64,000 bases of DNA, taken from assembly GCA_963767255.1 (NCBI GenBank), contig CAVYDM010000006.1, positions 796 through 64,795 of the forward strand, given 5' to 3'. The notes under the pieces were generated by a model, which was not told the DNA's origin, searched no databases, and saw nothing but the letters and a program-made list of their open reading frames with translations. Made by a program: the position numbers and the translations under genes. Positions 26,945-36,320 of the stretch are shown one piece after another. How positions within the stretch are numbered: the stretch's first letter is position 1; every line of letters starts with the position of its first letter. The DNA comes from an uncultured Solirubrobacterales bacterium. GTDB taxonomy: Bacteria > Actinomycetota > Thermoleophilia > Solirubrobacterales > Solirubrobacteraceae.

Positions 26945-27745
26945 ATGAAGGTCATCGCTGCGATCACCGATGACTCCGCGGCGACGGTCGTGCTGGCGAG
27001 CGCCGGCGCCATCGCCGGCCTGTTTGCCGCGGACGTCGAGGCGCTGCATGCGGGTGAGGCCGACCCGGCGGTGGCGCTGGCGGCGCAGCAGGCAGGGGTG
27101 ACTCTGCGGGCGGTCGCCGGGCGGGCGGTCGAGGCGATCGCCGACGCGGCCGCAGCCGAGGACGTCGCCGTGGTGGTGATCGGAACGCGAGGCACCGCCG
27201 CTGGCGATGGGCCGGCCGGCTGCACGGCCATGGCTCTGGTCACGCTGTTGGACAAGCCGGTCGTGGTCGTGCCCCCGGGCGCGCCGGTCGTGCATCGGAT
27301 CGACAGCGTGCTCGTGCCACTGGATGGAACCGCCGCGAGCACGGCGGCGCTGCAGGAGATCGTGGAGCTGGCCGCAAGCGCCGAGCTCCAGATCGTCGTG
27401 GCACACGTATACGAGGAGCGATCGTTGCCGGCGTTCAGCGATCACCTGCCGCACGAGGTGCGTGCGTGGCGAGAGGAGTTCATCGCCCGCCACTGTCCAA
27501 CGGTGGAGGACGCAAGCCTCGAGTTGCGTGTGGGCGAGCCCCGCGAGCACCTGCTCGACATCCTTCGTGTGAGCCGCTGCAAGCTGGTGGCGCTCGGCTG
27601 GAGTCAGAACCTGACGGGCGGTCATGCCGCGGTGGTGCGCCAGATGCTCGCAGAGTCACCCGTGCCGGTGCTGCTCATGCCCGCAAGCCGCAAGACAGCA
27701 CGACCACGCCTGCATCGGCGTCTCTCCAGCACGAGCCTACGGTGA
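26945..27745 (+). CDS. Universal stress protein, two USP domains
   Basis: VVVIGTRG, KPVVVVP, VLVPLDGT, SPVPVLLMP. Confidence 0.85.
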   Translation: MKVIAAITDDSAATVVLASAGAIAGLFAADVEALHAGEADPAVALAAQQAGVTLRAVAGRAVEAIADAAAAEDVAVVVIGTRGTAAGDGPAGCTAMALVTLLDKPVVVVPPGAPVVHRIDSVLVPLDGTAASTAALQEIVELAASAELQIVVAHVYEERSLPAFSDHLPHEVRAWREEFIARHCPTVEDASLELRVGEPREHLLDILRVSRCKLVALGWSQNLTGGHAAVVRQMLAESPVPVLLMPASRKTARPRLHRRLSSTSLR

Positions 27746-27796
27746 TCGAGCAGCCTGCGTTCGAAGCGCTGGTAGGCACAGGCAGGCGAGCGTGGA

Positions 27797-29158
27797 TCAG
27801 AGCGCTGTGGGGTAGGTCTCGGGTGGCTCCCCGAGCTCCCAGGCGCCGGTCCGCTCCAGCGGCTCCACCGCGCGGGTGACGTCTATGTGCAGGAGCGCAT
27901 CGAACTGCTGTGAGGCGCACGCGGCGAACCAGTGGCTCTGGCGTTCGGTCTGCGGTCGGTAGATGACGCCGATCGCACGCTGCAGTCGCGGCTCGCGCAG
28001 AGCGCGCCCACTGGCGCTCGTGCCCAGCGGGCACAGCAGGAAGGCCGGGATCTCCGTGGCGTGCAGGAGCGCCTCGTAGCTGTCGGGCAACGCCGGTCGG
28101 ACGCGCTTGCGCTCGGCCTCCGCGCCCCACTCAGAGGCGGCCGTGACCGTGCCGCTGTAGGTGCTGAAGCCCACCAGCACCACGTCGTTGCCGTGGCGCT
28201 CGCGCATCAGCTGCCCCACGTTCAGCTCGCCGCGCTGGGCCATCTCGGTCGAGCGGGCATCGCCCACATGCGAGTTGTGCTCCCACACGACGATCTTGCC
28301 GGCGTCCCCATGGCGAGCCAGGTGTATCTGGAGCTGGTCCAGGGTGTCGGCCATGTGCCGGTCGCGCAGGTTCCACGACGAGGCGGGGCCGGCGAACATC
28401 GTGCGGTAGTACTCCTCCGCGTTGGCCACCACGGAGGCGTTCTGCTCGGCCAGGAAGTATCTGTCCTCGGCCACTGGACCGTCCTCGCGCAGATAGTCGC
28501 CGGCGTGACGTCGCAGCTCGACCAGCTGCTCCAGCACGCGCCGGCGGCACGGCTCGCTGACGCCGAGCAGCACCGCCTGCCCGTAACCCGCGCTGTCCGC
28601 GGAGAAGGGGTGCAGACACTCGTAGCGAAGGCGCGCCCGCGCGGCGCCGGGCGGGTCCACCTCATCCAGATAGGCGACGACAGCCTCCATCGAGGCGCCC
28701 AGGCTGTAGAGGTCCAGGCCGTAGAAGCCCACGCTTACTCGCGCGGGCGCAAGCCGTTCGTTGTGGGCGCGCAGCCACCCGACGAAGTCCAGCACCTCGG
28801 CGTTGCGCCACATCCAGGTCGGGAACCGCCGAAAGCCGCGCAGGGCCTCCTCGGCGTCGGCGTCATCGCCGAAACCCTGCACGTAGCGGCTGACGCGGTC
28901 GGCGTCTGGCCAGTCGCCCTCGACGGCCACGGCCGCGAAGCCGAGCTCCTCGATCAGCCTGCGGGTGATCCGTGCGCGCTCGCGGTAGAACTCGTGAGTG
29001 CCGTGGCTGGCCTCGCCGAGCAATATGAGCCGCGCGTCCCCTACCCGATCCAGCAGCGCGTCATGGTCAGACGCAGCGCCCTCCAGCGGATGCGCATCCA
29101 GGCGCACCGCCTCGAGGGCCGCGCTTTCACCGACGGGGAGGGTCAGCTGCGAGGCCAC
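27797..29158 (-). CDS. Erythromycin esterase-family protein
   Basis: LLGEASHGTHEFY, AVEGDWPD, FPTWMWRN, WNLRDRHM, VWEHNSHVGDAR. Confidence 0.92.
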   Translation of the reverse strand: MASQLTLPVGESAALEAVRLDAHPLEGAASDHDALLDRVGDARLILLGEASHGTHEFYRERARITRRLIEELGFAAVAVEGDWPDADRVSRYVQGFGDDADAEEALRGFRRFPTWMWRNAEVLDFVGWLRAHNERLAPARVSVGFYGLDLYSLGASMEAVVAYLDEVDPPGAARARLRYECLHPFSADSAGYGQAVLLGVSEPCRRRVLEQLVELRRHAGDYLREDGPVAEDRYFLAEQNASVVANAEEYYRTMFAGPASSWNLRDRHMADTLDQLQIHLARHGDAGKIVVWEHNSHVGDARSTEMAQRGELNVGQLMRERHGNDVVLVGFSTYSGTVTAASEWGAEAERKRVRPALPDSYEALLHATEIPAFLLCPLGTSASGRALREPRLQRAIGVIYRPQTERQSHWFAACASQQFDALLHIDVTRAVEPLERTGAWELGEPPETYPTAL

Positions 29159-29161
29159 GGC

Positions 29162-29896
29162 TCACCTCGTCCCCGACAGCGCCTCACCGGTGCTCTTTCC
29201 CGGCGTGTCCGCCGGCGTGCCCGGCTTGGGCTCTTGCGTGGGCGATGCCGGAGCGCTCTCGCCCTCGCCGGCTTCGGCCAGCAGCGCTATCACCTGCTCG
29301 TCTGGCACTGGTGCGAAGTCGCGGTACCACATACCCACTCCGAACAGGCGTGAGGGCACCTCCAGGCAGACGACGCGGTCGGCCTCCTTGGCGAGCATCG
29401 ACACTGCCTCGCTGGAACCCACCGGCACCGCGACGACGATGTGGCGGGCGCCTCGCTTGCGCACCGCGCGGACAGCGGCGAGGTCCGTCAGGCCGGTCGC
29501 CAGGCCGTCATCGACGATGATCACCGTTCGACCGACCAGGGAAACCGATGGCCGGTCGTCGCGATAGCGCTCCACTCGGCGGCGCAGCTCCTGCGACTCC
29601 AGCGCGAGCGTCGTCTCGAACGCGGCTTGGGTCATGCCGAGCATGGCGGCCGAATATGGGTCGAGGACGCCCGTGCCATCCTCCGCGACCGCACCTACGC
29701 CCAGCTCGGGGTTGCCGGGGGCTCCCAGCTTGCGTACCGCGAGGATGTCCAGCGGCGCGTGGAGCGCACGGGCGACCTCGAATGCGACCGGTACGCCGCC
29801 ACGCGGCAGAGCGACGATCACCGGCCGCTCCTGCGCGAAAGACTCCAGCTCGGTTGCCAGCCGACGACCGGCGTCGTGGCGATCGAGAAACTCCAT
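29162..29896 (-). CDS. Phosphoribosyltransferase-family protein
   Basis: FLDRHDAGRRLA, ALPRGGVPVA, IVDDGLATG. Confidence 0.92.
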   Translation of the reverse strand: MEFLDRHDAGRRLATELESFAQERPVIVALPRGGVPVAFEVARALHAPLDILAVRKLGAPGNPELGVGAVAEDGTGVLDPYSAAMLGMTQAAFETTLALESQELRRRVERYRDDRPSVSLVGRTVIIVDDGLATGLTDLAAVRAVRKRGARHIVVAVPVGSSEAVSMLAKEADRVVCLEVPSRLFGVGMWYRDFAPVPDEQVIALLAEAGEGESAPASPTQEPKPGTPADTPGKSTGEALSGTR

Positions 29897-30064
29897 ACGG
29901 GAATCGTCCCCCCTCCGGGCGCCCGGCGCGTCCGGGAGATGTCCGCTAACCGACGCGGCGGACTACTGAAGTCGATTCGCTCACGCCACTCTCAGCATGG
30001 TGCCGTCATGGTTGTTGCGGCCAATCGCGGATGCCGATGGCCAGCAGGCCCGCGTTGGCGGGCG

Positions 30065-30621
30065 ATGGTGTGCGCGATGACCAGGCTGCTTGGCCCAGCC
30101 CGTCCTCAAGCCGGTGGCCAGGCTGCGACGGCGGCGAGGTCGGCGGTCGGCCGCTCCTCCTCTATCTGAGATCTCCGGGCGCCAGATCGTCGCGGCGACC
30201 GCTGTCCCCGCCCAGCCCGGGGTGGTGTGCTCGTGCGCGCGCCCGGATCGGCGCTCTCGGAGCGGGGCGCGGCCTGGTGGCGCGCGTGGCCGGGGACGTG
30301 GCCTCCCAGGGCGCGATCTCGCGGGTGCTCAGCGTCCTCGACGCGCGGCGGCCGAGCGGGCTGGTCTCGCGGGATGGCCGCGCGACGGTCGTGCTGGGCT
30401 ACATCGGCGCACACGCCTCCGAACGCGCCGCGACGGCGGCGGCGCGGCAGATCGCGCAGGACCTGCGTGGCGTCCCCGGCGTGACGGTCGGCGGCGACCA
30501 GCTCACGTTCAGCCAGCTGGAAGACACGATCTCCGATCAGCTGCCGAAGGTCGAGCTGAACTCCTGGGCGCACCCGGCCGACGCCGTCCGCGAGCGCGTC
30601 TCGGCGGCGCATCATCGCTGA
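30065..30621 (+). pseudogene. Degraded MMPL/RND transporter N-terminal fragment
   Basis: LVSRDGRATVVLG...GVTVGGDQLTFSQLEDTISDQLPKVEL, then loss of similarity and no TM block. Confidence 0.55.
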
Positions 30622-30699
30622 CGGTAGGCTGCCGGGGGCCCGATGCCCGGGACCGGTAGTGCAACACCCGACACGGAGATTGACCACGGAGATTGACCA

Positions 30700-31047
30700 A
30701 TGAGTGAGACGAGCACGCCCGAGCCGGCCTACCACCTCTTCCTCGACCCAGACGAGGCGCCCATACTCACCCTCGCGCTGAACCTCTTCATCTCCGACGA
30801 GGCCCACGAGCAGCAGATCCGTGGGCTGGCGCGCGAGATCCTCGCCTGCCTGCAACAACAACCCCCCGGTGACGCGGGCACGCTCACGGTCACGCTCACC
30901 CCCCAGCAGATGAAGATCGCTCACGGCGCCTTACGGTTGATGCTCAACGACTCCCAGCGCGGACAGGTCGCGGAGCGTGAGCACCTGCACAACATCCTGA
31001 ACAAGCTCCCCGACGAGCACACCATGCGCGCGATCGAGCTGGAGTAG
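30700..31047 (+). CDS. Hypothetical helical protein with an internal two-fold repeat
   Basis: RBS GGAG; halves ALNLFISDEAHEQQIRGLAREIL / ALRLMLNDSQRGQVAEREHLHNIL. Confidence 0.75.
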   Translation: MSETSTPEPAYHLFLDPDEAPILTLALNLFISDEAHEQQIRGLAREILACLQQQPPGDAGTLTVTLTPQQMKIAHGALRLMLNDSQRGQVAEREHLHNILNKLPDEHTMRAIELE

Positions 31048-31074
31048 CGGCTTCATCGAGCTGACGATGTGCCT

Positions 31075-31216
31075 TGGCGGCGCATGCGCCGCCAGGCGGG
31101 GACGCACGTGTGCGTCCCCGAGACTGCTCGCATGCGAGCAGTCTTCCGGTGGGCACATGTGCCCACCGGCGGGCCCGCACATGTGCGGGCCCGAGCCCCG
31201 CCGCATGCGGCGGGGC
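31075..31216. repeat. Array of six abutting palindromes with 24-25 bp periodicity
   Basis: Units 31075-94, 31097-120, 31121-44, 31146-69, 31170-93, 31195-216. Confidence 0.95.
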
Positions 31217-31265
31217 CACAAACGGCGCACGCACAATGGGCGCATGCGACGACCAGGCGGCAAGC

Positions 31266-32867
31266 CTACGCCCCACGCCTGTCCACCGCGCGCGCGATCT
31301 CCGCGACCTGCGCGTCCAGGGACCGCGTGGTGTCGAGCCGCAGCACCTCACCGGCTGAGAGCTCGTCGAGCTCCTCGAACGCCAGAGATTGATCCCTCGC
31401 GATCTGCGGTGTCGCGTCGGAGATGCGCCGTGGGTCGTGCAGACGCCGCGCGGCGCGCTCGAGCGCAACCTCGAGCGGGAGATCGCAGCGAACCACCAGA
31501 CGCGTCATGCCGACCCGTCGCAGCCTGTCCAGCAGCAGCGCGCGATCCTCGCGCGAGCGGCAGGTCGCGTCCACGATCACACCGTCGCAGCGGCGAAGCT
31601 CGAGCAGCGCGTCGCGGCCGAGCTGCTCGTAGGTGGCGCGCGTGAACCGAGCGCTGTAGTGCTCGGCGCGCGCCTGCTCGTGCTCGTGGACTCCGGCCAA
31701 TCGCTTGCGCACGGCGTCCGATGAGACGACCGGCATCTCCGAGCGTCGTGAGAGCTCGGCGGCCAGCGTCGACTTGCCGCTGGCGGCGGGCCCGCAGATG
31801 ACGATCGCCAGGGGCGTGCGGGCGCGCCAGCACAGCCGCTCGCTCAGCGACCACAGCCGTTGCGCCTGCTCTGAATGCTCGCTGGCTGCGCCGGTCTTTG
31901 CGCTGGCGTGCTCGGCCGCGGCGATCAGCTCCACCTTGGCGCGCACGAGCGCCCAGTGGGCGGCGTAGAACGAGCGCAGCGCCTCGCCGCCGGGGCTGAT
32001 GCCCGCATGGCGGTAGGCGTGGATGAGCTCGCGGGCCGCCCAGCGCTGCCCGCGAGCCTCCAGATCCATCGCTAAGAACGCCAGATCGCAGGCGACGTCG
32101 GTGCGGCGCAGCTCGGGGTCGAACTCGATGCGATCGATCACGCGGACGGTCGATCCGGCCAGCACGTGCTCGCAGCGCAGGTCTCCGTGTCCGTCGCGCG
32201 CGAGTCCCAGCAGCGCGCGCCGGCGCAGCTGCAGTGAGTGCCTCTTGACGAACGTCTCGCCGAACGCGGCGGGGACGTCCACGGGCCATCCGCGCGGATG
32301 GCCCGTGCCTTCGAGCTCTTCGACGTTCCGGCGCCAGACGGCGAGCACCCGGTCTGGACCCCAATCGGCGACGATGGCCGCGGAGCGGTGAAAGTCCGCA
32401 AGCAGGCGGGCCACCGCGACGACGTGCGCTGCAGTGAGAGCGCCCGAGGCGATCAGACCGGCGAAGGTGTCCTTTTCGCTGAAGCTGCGCATCTCCACGG
32501 CATGCTCGACCGCGCCCGGGGCGCCATCGCGGCCCAGGCGAAAGCCGGTCGGGCTCCCGGGGCTCCTGAGGATCGCGCGCACGCCGAGATAGATCCCGGG
32601 GGCGAGCGCCCGGTTGACGCGCACCTCCTCACGGCAGGCGCTGTGCCGGCGTGCCGGCGTGCTGTAGTCCAGGAAGCCCAGCGACACGGGCTTCTTGATC
32701 TTGTACGCGCGATCGCCCGCCACGAACACCCACGAGGCGTGCGTCTCGTGCACGGTCACCCGGGGCTGGCCCTCATACATGGCGGGCGCGGCGAGGGCCC
32801 GCAACACGTCGGGATCGCCGCGGTGCTCCCCGCTGGAGACGATCTGCGTGGGGGACGAGCTCAGCAT
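31266..32867 (-). CDS. Aminoglycoside-phosphotransferase-like kinase + AAA_33 P-loop fusion (Rv2004c-like)
   Basis: ETHASWVF, YKIKKPVSLGFLDYST, DGHGDLRCEH, DLAFLAMDL; CGPAASGKST, SSDAVRK, SDAT. Confidence 0.9.
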   Translation of the reverse strand: MLSSSPTQIVSSGEHRGDPDVLRALAAPAMYEGQPRVTVHETHASWVFVAGDRAYKIKKPVSLGFLDYSTPARRHSACREEVRVNRALAPGIYLGVRAILRSPGSPTGFRLGRDGAPGAVEHAVEMRSFSEKDTFAGLIASGALTAAHVVAVARLLADFHRSAAIVADWGPDRVLAVWRRNVEELEGTGHPRGWPVDVPAAFGETFVKRHSLQLRRRALLGLARDGHGDLRCEHVLAGSTVRVIDRIEFDPELRRTDVACDLAFLAMDLEARGQRWAARELIHAYRHAGISPGGEALRSFYAAHWALVRAKVELIAAAEHASAKTGAASEHSEQAQRLWSLSERLCWRARTPLAIVICGPAASGKSTLAAELSRRSEMPVVSSDAVRKRLAGVHEHEQARAEHYSARFTRATYEQLGRDALLELRRCDGVIVDATCRSREDRALLLDRLRRVGMTRLVVRCDLPLEVALERAARRLHDPRRISDATPQIARDQSLAFEELDELSAGEVLRLDTTRSLDAQVAEIARAVDRRGA

Positions 32868-32936
32868 CGCCTTTCTCTCTCGCCACGCGCCGGGCGTCTG
32901 AGGATTACCGGCCGCGGCCCGGAGTGACGGCTGCGA

Positions 32937-33794
32937 TCACGCCGGTATCGCGCCCGGCGGCGTGCCGTTGGTCGTATGGGCCTCGGCGCTCGCGCCATCG
33001 GGCGCAGGAGCTGCGCTTGCGCCTGCGCCACCGTCGCCCACCGCCGCGATCAGTGGTCCGATCAGGTCGATCGGCAAGGGAAAGACGATCGTGGAGTTCT
33101 GCTCGCTGCCGATCTCCAGCAGCGTCTGCAGGTAGCGCAATTGAATCGTGACGGGATTGCGGCTGATCACATCGGCCGCCTCGCCGAGCTTGGCGGCGGC
33201 CTGGGCCTCGCCCTCGGCGTTGATGATCTTCGCGCGGCGCTCGCGCTCGGCCTCGGCCTGCCGCGCGATCGCGTGCTGCATGTCCGGGGGGATCTCCACG
33301 TCCTTGATCTCCACCGCCGTCACCTTGATGCCCCACGGCTCGGTCTGGTCGTCGATGATTTTTTGCAGGTCTTCGTTCAGGCGCTCGCGCTCGGCGAGCA
33401 GCGTGTCGAGCTCAGCCTTGCCGAGCACCGAGCGCAGCGTCGTCTGGGCGATCTGCGAGGTCGCCGCGAGGACGTCTTCGACCTCGACGACCGAACGGTT
33501 GGGATCGACGACGTGGAAGTAGGTGACCGCGGTCACGCGCGCCGGCACGTTGTCGCGGGTGATCACCTCCTGGGGCGGGATCTGCTGCGTGACCGTGCGC
33601 AGGCTGACGCGCACCATCCGGTCGATGAACGGGATCAGCAGCACGACGCCCGGTCCCTGCTGGTCGAGCAAGCGCCCGAGGCGGAACACGACGCCACGCT
33701 CGTACTCGCGCAGGATGCGCACCGACGCCGAGGCGAGGATCAAGCCGAGCGCCAGCAGCACGACGAGGACGACGATGATGACCGTGACGATCAT
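32937..33794 (-). CDS. SPFH/band 7 (slipin) protein
   Basis: [43 protein letters not shown]. Confidence 0.95.
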   Translation of the reverse strand: MIVTVIIVVLVVLLALGLILASASVRILREYERGVVFRLGRLLDQQGPGVVLLIPFIDRMVRVSLRTVTQQIPPQEVITRDNVPARVTAVTYFHVVDPNRSVVEVEDVLAATSQIAQTTLRSVLGKAELDTLLAERERLNEDLQKIIDDQTEPWGIKVTAVEIKDVEIPPDMQHAIARQAEAERERRAKIINAEGEAQAAAKLGEAADVISRNPVTIQLRYLQTLLEIGSEQNSTIVFPLPIDLIGPLIAAVGDGGAGASAAPAPDGASAEAHTTNGTPPGAIPA

Positions 33795-34261
33795 GGACTC
33801 AGCTCCCATTCCTCGGCCTCGCGCACGCACAAGGTCAAGCCGTTGACACGTTCGACGACGACACGCTCGCCGTCCCGCAACTCAGCTTCGTGATGAACCG
33901 GACTCGGCTCGGCTCGCCACAGCGACCCGTCGAGGAAGACCTGCGCCTCGGGGCCCTCACCGCAGCGAACGACGCCGACATGGCCGACGAGCGCCTCCCT
34001 GCCGGTGCGTGGACGCAGCCTCAGCGGGCTCAGGATCCGGCGCCTGGCGAGCACCAGCAACGACATCGACGCCGCCGCGGCACACAGCGCAACGATCAGC
34101 ACGATCGCCGCGCTCGCGCCGGCGGCCAGCAGCAACAGTGCCACGCCGGCGATGGCGGCGACGCCCGCACACATGCCGATCAGCCCGCCGGTCAACAGGT
34201 GCGCCTCGGCCAGCAGCAACACCACGGCCATCACGAGCAGGACCAGGCCGAGAGCGGTCAT
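33791..34261 (-). CDS. NfeD-family membrane protein
   Basis: TM helices plus TGREALVG...[10 protein letters not shown]...VNGLTL; coupled to the SPFH gene. Confidence 0.9.
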   Translation of the reverse strand: MTALGLVLLVMAVVLLLAEAHLLTGGLIGMCAGVAAIAGVALLLLAAGASAAIVLIVALCAAAASMSLLVLARRRILSPLRLRPRTGREALVGHVGVVRCGEGPEAQVFLDGSLWRAEPSPVHHEAELRDGERVVVERVNGLTLCVREAEEWELSP

Positions 34262-34485
34262 GATCTGAGTGCGGGGTCAGCGCTGTTCATCGCCCTGCGA
34301 ACGTAGCGCCCACGAGGCCGACCGCCATCGGGCGATTCCCCGCCGGCGACTGCGGATAACTACGTTCATCGCTTCGTTGATCGCCGGCCGGCGTCCGATC
34401 GGCGGGAATCGACGCGTATGCCCAAACACGAGCAAAGAGCAGAGCGCAACGGCTCAGTCCACAGCGGCACCCGGCAACATCGGCG

Positions 34486-35217
34486 ATGCTTCGCGATGTG
34501 ATCGACCTGCACTGCCACATCCTGCCCGGGCTCGACGATGGCGCGCTCGATCTCGAGGACAGCCTGGCGATGGCCGGCCAGGCCGAGCAGGACGGCATCG
34601 CGGTCGTGTGCGCGACGCCTCATATTCGCCACGATCACAACGTGCGCATCGAGGAGATCGCCGCGCGCGTGGACTCGCTGCAGGCCAGCCTGGACGCTCA
34701 TGAGCTCGGCGTTCGGGTTCTCCCCGGCGGAGAGCTGGCCCAGACGCAGGCCGACAGCCTGAGCGACGCCCAGCTGCATGCGGTGGCGCTCGGCGGGAGC
34801 GGAGGGTGGATCCTGCTGGAGCCGGCCCCCGGGCCGCTGGGCGATGGCCTGGACGAGCTGGCCGGGCGACTCGCGCGGCGCGGGCTCAGGAGCGTCATCG
34901 CACATCCCGAGCGTCACGCGGGCGCGGACTTCTCCGAGCGCCTTGCGCGACTCGCCGGCGAGGGCTGCCTGATCCAGTGGACGGCCGAGTTCATCGCCGA
35001 AGCCGAGCCTGGGGGGTTCGTGATGGAGCTGGCGCGGGAGGGGCTGGTGCACCTGCTCGGCAGCGACGCTCACACCTCGCGCGCGGGCCGTCCCGTCGCC
35101 CTGGCGGCGGGATACGCACGTCTGGCAGAGGTGCGCACCTCCGAGCAGATCGCGTGGTCGGCCCAGGTTGCGCCGCGGGCGATCGTGCACGGCGATCCCG
35201 TCATCGCGTGTCCATGA
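34486..35217 (+). CDS. CpsB/CapC-type PHP protein-tyrosine phosphatase
   Basis: IDLHCHILPGLDDG, ATPH, IAHPER, GSDAH. Confidence 0.92.
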   Translation: MLRDVIDLHCHILPGLDDGALDLEDSLAMAGQAEQDGIAVVCATPHIRHDHNVRIEEIAARVDSLQASLDAHELGVRVLPGGELAQTQADSLSDAQLHAVALGGSGGWILLEPAPGPLGDGLDELAGRLARRGLRSVIAHPERHAGADFSERLARLAGEGCLIQWTAEFIAEAEPGGFVMELAREGLVHLLGSDAHTSRAGRPVALAAGYARLAEVRTSEQIAWSAQVAPRAIVHGDPVIACP

Positions 35218-35256
35218 AGATCTCCGTCGGCGATCGCAACCTCGCCCGCGCGATCC

Positions 35257-36267
35257 TCACCCTCGATGCTCACTCTCACTCTCTCGCTCGGTATCCGTGA
35301 TCGGCTCCAGGACGACGCTGTCCACGAGTCGCTCCACGACCTCGCGGGAGGCGCTGCCCAGCCCGTGACGCAAGAAGTTGGCCGCACCCGCGGCGGCGCC
35401 GATCTTTAGCGCCCGCTCCAGGGACTCGCCCCGCGCCCACGTGGCAGCGAGAGCGCCGAACATCGCATCGCCACACCCCTCGCGATAGCCGCGCGTCAGA
35501 CGCGGCGGCGTCAGCCACAACGCTCGCTCGTCTCTGGCGAGCACGAGCGCGGGCTGCTCGCCACGTGTCACGATCACCGCGCCGGCGCCCTGCTCGCACA
35601 GTCGCTGAGCCGCGTCGCGCAGCTGTCCGGGCTCAGACACGGGACCGCACACGAACTGGGCCAGCTCCCAGTCGTTCAGTTTCACCAGATCCGGTTCCCC
35701 ACGCAGCGCGCTGTTCAGACGTGGCGCTGAGAGATCGACCAGCGTGCGGCATCCTCCGGTGCGCGCGTCGGCGATCAGATCGCCATAGATCTCCAGCGGC
35801 AGCGCATCGCCGGGCATCGGGTTGGTGATCAGCAGCCAGCCGTCGGCGATCGCCTCGGCGCAGGTGATCGAGAACAGCTCGTCGAGCTCGTGGCGCGACG
35901 GTGGATCGCTGAGCGCGCAGGTGAGCAGCTCACGCTCGCCGGAGCGGCGGTCGGTCACATAGCAGCCGCTCGCGGACGTGGTGGACACCACGCGCCGCTC
36001 GCCGCCGACCCGCTGCAGCAGGCCGTCCAGCAGCTCGCCGCTCTCTCCTCCGAGAAACCCGCACAGCACCGGCTCCGCTCCCAGGCACGCGGCCATGCGC
36101 GCCACCCACACTCCCTGTCCACCGGGATGGAAGTGAACCTGCTCACGCTCCGATCCCTCACGCTCGAGCGTGACCGTGAGCAGCGGGTGGGGCGCGAAGA
36201 TCGCGACGCGCGGTGCGACCGACGGGGCGTCGGCGTCGGGCGCCGCTGGGCCAAATTGCTCGATCAT
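35257..36267 (-). CDS. PfkB / 1-phosphofructokinase-family sugar kinase
   Basis: PGGQGVWVAR, LVKLNDWEL, GCGDAMFGALA. Confidence 0.88.
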   Translation of the reverse strand: MIEQFGPAAPDADAPSVAPRVAIFAPHPLLTVTLEREGSEREQVHFHPGGQGVWVARMAACLGAEPVLCGFLGGESGELLDGLLQRVGGERRVVSTTSASGCYVTDRRSGERELLTCALSDPPSRHELDELFSITCAEAIADGWLLITNPMPGDALPLEIYGDLIADARTGGCRTLVDLSAPRLNSALRGEPDLVKLNDWELAQFVCGPVSEPGQLRDAAQRLCEQGAGAVIVTRGEQPALVLARDERALWLTPPRLTRGYREGCGDAMFGALAATWARGESLERALKIGAAAGAANFLRHGLGSASREVVERLVDSVVLEPITDTERESESEHRG

Positions 36268-36320
36268 CGTAGATGCATCCTTGCGCGTATCCACTGGGCG
36301 CGGCTGGCTAAGGTGCAGCT

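Noticed and set aside
27797-29158. Macrolide-resistance gene
   Set aside because: It belongs to the broad Rv2030c-like esterase family in a stress cluster; nothing indicates true EreA/EreB activity
31075-31216. CRISPR array
   Set aside because: No conserved direct repeat with spacers and no cas genes in the window
30931-31645. Cys/His-rich ORFs (HMC repeats) over the palindrome array as a RiPP or metal-binding peptide
   Set aside because: The pattern arises on both strands from the palindromes, the 25-bp step breaks the frame periodicity, and no modifying enzymes are nearby
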